A stretch of DNA of 38,595 nt, from the sequence record BK061477.1; one strand, 5' to 3'. Numbering within the stretch: position 1 is the stretch's first letter; the number at the start of each line of letters is the position of its first letter. The position numbers and the translations under genes were made by a program. The notes below the pieces were generated by a model that was not told the DNA's origin, did not search any database, and worked only from the letters and a program-made list of their open reading frames with translations. Of this stretch, positions 32,867-38,595 are shown piece by piece. Source of the DNA: Pseudomonas phage vB_PaeS-D14C.

Positions 32867-33568
32867 ATGGCCTTCAATGCTGATGTGCAGAAGCTTGAGC
32901 CGGGGAACCTGATCCGGCTGTTTGAGGTGGATGCGACGCGCCTTGGCGGAAATCTCTGGCGATTCCATGGCCACGCCCAGGAAGGGGAGATCATCTGGCA
33001 GGGAAATGTGTACGAGCCGATTCAAATCACCGCAAAAGGCTTTGATATCCGCGGCGATGGTCGACCCGCGTCGCCGACCCTCCAACTGGCAAACGAGCTC
33101 GCCGGCATTCGAGGAGCGATATCGGCCATCTGCCTTCAGTTGCGAGACCTCTGTGGCGCCAGGGTTCGGGTGATCGAGACTTGGCGGCACTATCTGGATG
33201 CCGCGAACTTCCCTGATGGCAACCCCGATGCAGCCGACGAGGCTCGAGTGGGCATCTGGTTCATTGAGCAGAAGACCGAGGAAACCCGGGATCAAGTCAC
33301 ATTCGCGCTCAGTAGCCCCATCGACATGGAGGGTCAGATGCTGCCGGCCCAGCAGATCACCAAGCTTTGTAGATGGGCGTGCCGAGGTCAGTACCGTGGA
33401 GAGGCTTGTGGTTATACCGGCGCCGCCCTCTTCACGAAGAAAGACGAGCCTACCGACAACCCAGCTCTCGACCGGTGTGGTGGCCGCTGGAGCAGTTGCA
33501 AGCTGCGTGGCAATACCAACCGCTTCGGCGGTTCCTTGGGGGCAAGTTTGATCGTTTCGTCGAGGTAA
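32867..33568 (+). CDS. Minor tail protein L (lambda gpL family), 233 aa.
   Basis: CRWACRGQYRGEACGYTG and NRFGGSL match lambda L motifs CTWTYRGDECGYSG and NFGGFL. GGAGAA RBS. Confidence 0.85.
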   Translation: MAFNADVQKLEPGNLIRLFEVDATRLGGNLWRFHGHAQEGEIIWQGNVYEPIQITAKGFDIRGDGRPASPTLQLANELAGIRGAISAICLQLRDLCGARVRVIETWRHYLDAANFPDGNPDAADEARVGIWFIEQKTEETRDQVTFALSSPIDMEGQMLPAQQITKLCRWACRGQYRGEACGYTGAALFTKKDEPTDNPALDRCGGRWSSCKLRGNTNRFGGSLGASLIVSSR

Positions 33569-33570
33569 GC

Positions 33571-34353
33571 ATGCGCATCAGTCAAAAGCTGCAGTGTCAG
33601 ATCCTGGCGCACGCCGAAAGCGTCTACCCAAGCGAGGCGTGTGGTGTATTGCTCAAGACCGACAGCGGCCGAGAATACGTGCCTTGTGGCAACCTGGCGG
33701 TCAGTGATCGCGAAAACTTCGTCATGGATCACCGGGACTACGCGGCAGCAGAGGACCGCGGCGAAGTGATTGCCGTCATTCATAGCCATCCGGACAAGGC
33801 TCCCACCCCGAGCATGGCTGACAGGGTCAGTTGTGAGCTTCACGGATTGCCGTGGGGCATCATCGGTCTGCCGGGCGGGGAGATGCTTTGGTTCAGGCCC
33901 TCCGGTTATCGTGCTCCGTTGCTTGGTCGAGAGTTTTCCCACGGCTTGCTCGACTGCTGGGGGGCCTGCAGGGATTGGTACGAGCGAGAAGCTGGGTTGA
34001 CGCTGCCGAACTTTGAGCGCAAGGACCTTTGGTGGGAGGACAAGGAAGGCTCAAGCCTGTACGAGGACAATTACGAGAGGGCCGGCTTCTATCGCGTTGA
34101 CGACCTGCGGCGAGGGGACATGTTGGTGTTTCAAGTGCCAACTCCGGGGCGGCCTTGCTATCACCCGAACCATGCCGCGATCTACCTTGGTGCCGAGCCT
34201 CATTTGCGAAGCGAAGAGGCCCCGGCGCTGGGCGGATCAGGGCCGTTCATCTATCACCACATGGCGGGTCGCGCGGCTGCACGCGAAATCTATGGCTGGT
34301 CCATGGCCAACAGGCTCCGGCTGATCCTTCGTCACAAGGACTTCTCCGAATGA
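33571..34353 (+). CDS. Tail assembly protein K (MPN/JAB plus NlpC/P60 domains, lambda gpK family), 260 aa.
   Basis: JAB motif EACGVLL...HSHP, and NlpC/P60 Cys/His pattern DCWGACRDWY...HPNHAAIYLG. Confidence 0.85.
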   Translation: MRISQKLQCQILAHAESVYPSEACGVLLKTDSGREYVPCGNLAVSDRENFVMDHRDYAAAEDRGEVIAVIHSHPDKAPTPSMADRVSCELHGLPWGIIGLPGGEMLWFRPSGYRAPLLGREFSHGLLDCWGACRDWYEREAGLTLPNFERKDLWWEDKEGSSLYEDNYERAGFYRVDDLRRGDMLVFQVPTPGRPCYHPNHAAIYLGAEPHLRSEEAPALGGSGPFIYHHMAGRAAAREIYGWSMANRLRLILRHKDFSE

Positions 34354-34928
34354 AGACCATCCGACTGTATGGCGCGTTGCGCCGCGAATTTGGCCGTGAG
34401 TATGTGCTCGATGTATCAGGGCCGCGAGAGGCCACCATTGCCCTGGCCAGCATGGTGGATGGTTTCGAGAAGTTCATGCGAACAGCAGAAGAGCGTGGGA
34501 TGCGGTTCGCGGTCTTCGTAGGAAGGCGAAATCTTCGCGAAGAGGAGCTTGACCTGGCCGGAGCCGGCGAGTCGGTCATCCGCATCGTGCCAGTCATCCA
34601 AGGCAGCAAGAGTTCCGGGATTTTTCAGACGGTCCTAGGGGCGGCGTTGGTCGTTGCGGGCTATTTCACGTTCGGCACCACTTCGGCAATAGGCGTTGCA
34701 ATGATGGCTGGCGGCGCCGGCCTGGCACTTGGTGGCGTTGCCCAGATGCTGGCCCCGTCAACTCAGGCTTCCGCCGCGAAGAACGAGGATGGGAATAACC
34801 CGAGCTATGGATTCGGTGGTGCCATGACCACTATCGCTCAGGGCAACCCATACCCAGTGCTTTACGGCGAGCGAGAGATCGGCGGCGCCGTCGAGTCGGG
34901 CGGGGTTTACACGGAAGACCAGCTCTAG
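34350..34928 (+). CDS. Tail assembly protein I (lambda gpI family), 192 aa.
   Basis: IRLYGAL...IVPVIQGSKSSGIFQTVLGAAL...GVAQMLAP...GNPYPVLYGE aligns with lambda I (VPRVAGAKSGGVFQIVLGAA...GGVAQMLAP...GNVLPVLYGE). Confidence 0.85.
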   Translation: MKTIRLYGALRREFGREYVLDVSGPREATIALASMVDGFEKFMRTAEERGMRFAVFVGRRNLREEELDLAGAGESVIRIVPVIQGSKSSGIFQTVLGAALVVAGYFTFGTTSAIGVAMMAGGAGLALGGVAQMLAPSTQASAAKNEDGNNPSYGFGGAMTTIAQGNPYPVLYGEREIGGAVESGGVYTEDQL

Positions 34929-34944
34929 CACGACTGCTGCCAGA

Positions 34945-34970
34945 CCCCGCTTCGGCGGGGTTTCTTGTTT
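34945..34970 (+). terminator. Rho-independent terminator (ccccgc ttcg gcgggg tttcttgttt) between I and J.
   Basis: Read directly. Confidence 0.6.
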
Positions 34971-34983
34971 CTGGAGATCGAAA

Positions 34984-37900
34984 ATGTCTGTTGTGACCAA
35001 AAAGCGCCATCAGCCTTTGCGTGGAAGCAAGGGGGGCAGTTCCAAGCCGAAGCAGCCGCACATTGCCCAGAACGGCGTTGCCTCCCTGTCCACTGCTCGG
35101 ATCGTGTATCTCCTGAGCTGGGGGCCGATTGTTGGGCCAGTCAATGGACTCAAGTCGATCAAGCTTGACGGTACTCCGATCCAGGCAGAAGACGGCACGC
35201 TGAACTACCCCGACGTGAAGTGGCAGTTTCGTCCAGGTGAGTTAAATCAGGAGCGACTAGAGGGCGTAGCGGAATCCAGCAATGAGATTGCGGTGGGTCA
35301 GACCTTGCTCAGCACGCAGCCCTACATCTACACCGTCACGAACGCTACGGCGGATGCGGTACGCGTGCGCCTGTCCTGGCCCAACCTGCAGGCGCAGGAC
35401 TCGTCCGGGAACATCAATGGGGTGCGCATTGAGTACGCGATCGATGTCGCCACGGATGGTGCTCCTTACCAGACTGTACTCAGCACGTTTGTCGACCGGA
35501 AGAACGTTACGACCTACTACCGATCCCACCGGATCAACCTGCCGGCAGGAGGGCACTGGGCGGTACGCGTGCGGAGGATCACGCCGGAGGCGAACAGCTC
35601 TCTGGTCCAGGACACCATGGTGCTGACTGCGATAGCTGAAGTTGTCGACAGCAACCAGGAGTTTCCGCTCACCGCCCTTGGCTGCGTGGAATATGACGCC
35701 CAGCAGTTCGGGGGTGACTTTCCGAAGTTCTCTGCGCTCATGCGCGGGCGAATCGTGCGGGTCCCGATGAACTATGACCCTGAGACTCGGACCTATTTTA
35801 CCGGCGGCCCCGGTACCACGAATGGCGTTTGGGACGGCACCTTCAAGGAGGCTTATTCCAACAATCCGGCCTGGGTCTTCTATGACCTGGTGTTGAACCC
35901 CTATTACGGCCTGGGCGAGCGCATCGACCAGAGCATGGTCAACCGTTGGGCCCTCTATCGCATTGCGCAGTATTGCGACCAGTTGGTGCCGGACGGGAAG
36001 GGCGGTCAAGAGCCTCGGTTCACTTGCAACCTCTATCTTCAGAAGCAAGAGGAGGCGTATGCCGTTCTTCAGGATCTCGCTGCAATCTTTCATGGGTTGG
36101 CGTTCTGGGATGGTAGCCAGATCACTGTCAACGCCGACATGCCGCAGGACCCCGTTTACACCTACACCACTTCGCAGATTCTGAACGATGGCGTGGTTGC
36201 GTACTCGGGAACGCGGACGCGAGACCGCCATTCGCTGGCGATGGTCTCTTGGGACAATCCTGCCAATGCGTTCGAGACAGACAAGGAGCCGGTCTTCGAC
36301 GAGGATGCGATTGTCGAGCTTGGCGGTATCGTCAGGGAGGTATCGGTCGGGGCTCTTGGCTGCACCAGTCAGGGCCAGGCTCAGCGGGCGGGGCAGTGGG
36401 CGCTTATGACTGAGCAATTGCAGACTCGTGGTGCCGTCTGGAAGGTTGGCCTGGATGGATTCATCCCTCGCCCTGGGCAGGTGGTGGCTCTGGCAGACCC
36501 CATGCTTGCCGGTCGTGCGAACGGCGGCAGGATCTCGGCGGTGTCTGGACGAGCAATCACCGTTGATCGAGATGTGGATATCCCGCTCGGCGCGCGACTG
36601 CGGGTCAACTTGCCCAGCGGGCGCTCGGAAGCCAGAGCGATTCAAGGCCTGGATGGGCGCGTCATAACAGTGGTGGCCGACTTCAGCGAAGAGCCTTCCC
36701 CTGAGAGCGGGTGGGCGATCGACTACGACGACCTGGCCCTGATGCAGTTCTATGTCAAGAATGTGACCAGGCCAAGCTGGGAGCAATTTCAGCTTGAGGT
36801 CATCCAGCACGAGCCCGGCAAGTTTGATGCGATTGATCACGGGGCGATCATCGACTCTCGACCGATCAGCGTCCTCCCATCCGGCGTGCAAGATCCGCCT
36901 GCGCGCGTATTGATCTCGCAGCACATCGCGTTCGAGCAAGGCCTGGCGGTCACGATCATGACCATCGCCTGGGACGCGGCACCGGGCGCGGTAGCGTACG
37001 ACGTAGAGTGGCGCTGGGGCTCTCGAGAGTGGGTCAAGGTTCCGCGTACGGGTGAACTGATGGTCGAGGTCCGCGGGGTATACACCGGCCAATACCTTGC
37101 GCGTGTGCGCGCCGTTAACTCCATGAACGTGTCGTCGATCCCGGCGAACTCGGTGTTGACCAACATCACCGGTAAGACCGGCGCGCCGCCGGCGCTGGCG
37201 TTCCTGCGTACCACCAGCGGACCGTGGAAGATCGGCCTGGAGTGGGGATTCCCGGCCAGTGGCGCGGCGGACACCGCCTACACCGAGATCCAACAGTCGG
37301 TTACCCCAGGCGGCAGCGAACAGAACGCAACTGCCCTGGGCTTGTTTGCATACCCGACCGATACCCACACGCTGACCTCGCTGGCGGCCGGCGCTCGCCT
37401 GGCCTTCCGCGGGCGGCTGATCGACAGGACCGGCAACGTCGGCCCCTGGTCGGCCTGGGTCGACGGCATAAGCTCGACGGATGCGAGCGAGTACAACGAG
37501 CTGATCACCAAGGAGTACGTCGAGTCCGCGCTGGGCGAGCAGTTCTTCGCCGAAATCGATCAGATGCAGGTCGATATCAGTGGCCTGCAGGACCAGATCG
37601 ACAATCTGACCGATGTGCTGGCCTACGACCCGACGAAGACCTACGCGAAGAACGATATCGTGCGGGTCGGCAACCGGCTGTATCAAGCGAAGCAGACGGT
37701 GCCGCTCAACGCCTCGCCGCCGAACGCGACCTACTGGGCCGACATCGGACAGTCGATCGAGACGGCCAACGGCCTGGCCCAGCAGGTGGCCACCAACACC
37801 GCGGATATCACCGAGCTCGACGGTAAGGTCGAAGCGGCGGCTTCGAGCCTGGATGTTCTGCAGGCTGCCGCCCGCCGGGAGCCGGCGACCGGAGAGAAGG

Positions 37901-38595
37901 CCGATGCGCTGAAGGGCTGGGACACCATTGCTCGAGCCGCCACCGAAGTCACCGTGCGGGCGAACGAGGACGAAGCGCAGGCGAAGCGGACGAGCTTGCT
38001 TGAAGCGCGGACTGCAACTGCGGAGGGGCGCATTACCACGGTCGAGCAGGTGACCGCGAGCGACAGACAAGCCACTGCCCAGCGCATCGACCAACTTTCA
38101 GCGGAGGTGGGTAGCAACAGTGCGGCAATCCAGACGACGTCCCAGGCAGTGGCCTCTCTGGATGGGAACGTTCAGGCGCTCTACAGCGTGAAGCTCCAGG
38201 CCCATACCAATGGGCAGCAGTACGCCACCGGGTTCCAGCTTGGGTTCGACAGCGGTACGAGCGTGACGACCATGGCGTTCCAGGCTGATCGGTTCCTCTG
38301 GTTCAACAGTTCCAGCGGGCAGGCCGTGGCGCCGGTCTCGATCATCGGCGGCCAGATGTTCATCAACAACGCGATGATCCAGGACGGTTCGATCACCAAC
38401 GCGAAGATCGGCAACGTGATTCAGTCGACCGCACTCGGTGCCAACGGCGAGCCGCTGTGGAAGCTTGATAAAGCAGGGAGTTTGACGATGAACAGCGCAA
38501 CGTCCGGAGGCTTCATGAGGCAGACAGCGGAGGCCGTTAAAGTCTACGACGCGAACCTGGTGTTACGGGTACAGATCGGGAATCTCGACGCATGA
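34984..38595 (+). CDS. Host specificity / central tail fibre protein J (lambda gpJ family), 1203 aa. Complete; its stop codon is the last three bases of the window.
   Basis: Extensive similarity to lambda J: GVWDGTFKEAYSNNPAWVFYDLVLNPYYGLG, WALYRIAQYCDQLVPDGKGGQEPRFTCNLYL and GCTSQGQAQRAGQW. Confidence 0.9.
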   Translation: MSVVTKKRHQPLRGSKGGSSKPKQPHIAQNGVASLSTARIVYLLSWGPIVGPVNGLKSIKLDGTPIQAEDGTLNYPDVKWQFRPGELNQERLEGVAESSNEIAVGQTLLSTQPYIYTVTNATADAVRVRLSWPNLQAQDSSGNINGVRIEYAIDVATDGAPYQTVLSTFVDRKNVTTYYRSHRINLPAGGHWAVRVRRITPEANSSLVQDTMVLTAIAEVVDSNQEFPLTALGCVEYDAQQFGGDFPKFSALMRGRIVRVPMNYDPETRTYFTGGPGTTNGVWDGTFKEAYSNNPAWVFYDLVLNPYYGLGERIDQSMVNRWALYRIAQYCDQLVPDGKGGQEPRFTCNLYLQKQEEAYAVLQDLAAIFHGLAFWDGSQITVNADMPQDPVYTYTTSQILNDGVVAYSGTRTRDRHSLAMVSWDNPANAFETDKEPVFDEDAIVELGGIVREVSVGALGCTSQGQAQRAGQWALMTEQLQTRGAVWKVGLDGFIPRPGQVVALADPMLAGRANGGRISAVSGRAITVDRDVDIPLGARLRVNLPSGRSEARAIQGLDGRVITVVADFSEEPSPESGWAIDYDDLALMQFYVKNVTRPSWEQFQLEVIQHEPGKFDAIDHGAIIDSRPISVLPSGVQDPPARVLISQHIAFEQGLAVTIMTIAWDAAPGAVAYDVEWRWGSREWVKVPRTGELMVEVRGVYTGQYLARVRAVNSMNVSSIPANSVLTNITGKTGAPPALAFLRTTSGPWKIGLEWGFPASGAADTAYTEIQQSVTPGGSEQNATALGLFAYPTDTHTLTSLAAGARLAFRGRLIDRTGNVGPWSAWVDGISSTDASEYNELITKEYVESALGEQFFAEIDQMQVDISGLQDQIDNLTDVLAYDPTKTYAKNDIVRVGNRLYQAKQTVPLNASPPNATYWADIGQSIETANGLAQQVATNTADITELDGKVEAAASSLDVLQAAARREPATGEKADALKGWDTIARAATEVTVRANEDEAQAKRTSLLEARTATAEGRITTVEQVTASDRQATAQRIDQLSAEVGSNSAAIQTTSQAVASLDGNVQALYSVKLQAHTNGQQYATGFQLGFDSGTSVTTMAFQADRFLWFNSSSGQAVAPVSIIGGQMFINNAMIQDGSITNAKIGNVIQSTALGANGEPLWKLDKAGSLTMNSATSGGFMRQTAEAVKVYDANLVLRVQIGNLDA

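Noticed and set aside
35257-38094. 945-aa minus-strand ORF
   Set aside because: It lies entirely within gpJ on the opposite strand, which has strong lambda J homology. Long antisense ORFs are expected at this GC content.

Overview
This window looks like most of a lambdoid siphovirus prophage in a high-GC host; GC content and codon usage suggest Pseudomonas, but that is inference only. Gene order is classic lambda-like with an HK97-type head module. The immunity region has a CI-like repressor (2872..3678, minus), operators with an AGCA-N-TGCT core, and a Cro-like gene. Then come a CII-like regulator, an HNH nuclease, an O-like replication initiator with internal iterons, and a DnaB-type helicase. 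Next is a nin-like block of small genes: a TraR/DksA zinc finger, a DUF1367-like protein, NinG/Rap and a Q-like candidate. Three tandem tRNA genes follow, then small membrane proteins and a second HNH gene. After a candidate cos region come small terminase (P27 family), large terminase, HK97 portal, prohead protease and HK97 major capsid. The head-tail genes are a gp6-like connector, a gp7-like head closure protein, a gp10-like protein and a tail completion protein. The tail genes are lambda-like: major tail, the G and G-T chaperones joined by a -1 frameshift, a 1129-aa tape measure, then M, L, K, I and a complete 1203-aa J protein ending at the window edge. Rho-independent terminators are frequent inside the late operon, and low-GC moron islands interrupt the phage backbone. 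The islands are: a two-gene cassette co-transcribed downstream of cI in the rexAB position; a glycosyltransferase, methyltransferase and Rha/gp49 insertion plus a frameshifted MptE/DUF115-like gene inside the head-tail module; a lipoprotein plus zinc-ribbon membrane pair before the tape measure; and a reverse-strand gene between M and L. The left edge carries a YafO-like toxin with an atypical upstream partner, separated from the cI operon by three tandem terminator-like palindromes. No integrase, endolysin or CRISPR array is visible. Every family assignment comes from motifs recalled from memory, not from searches.
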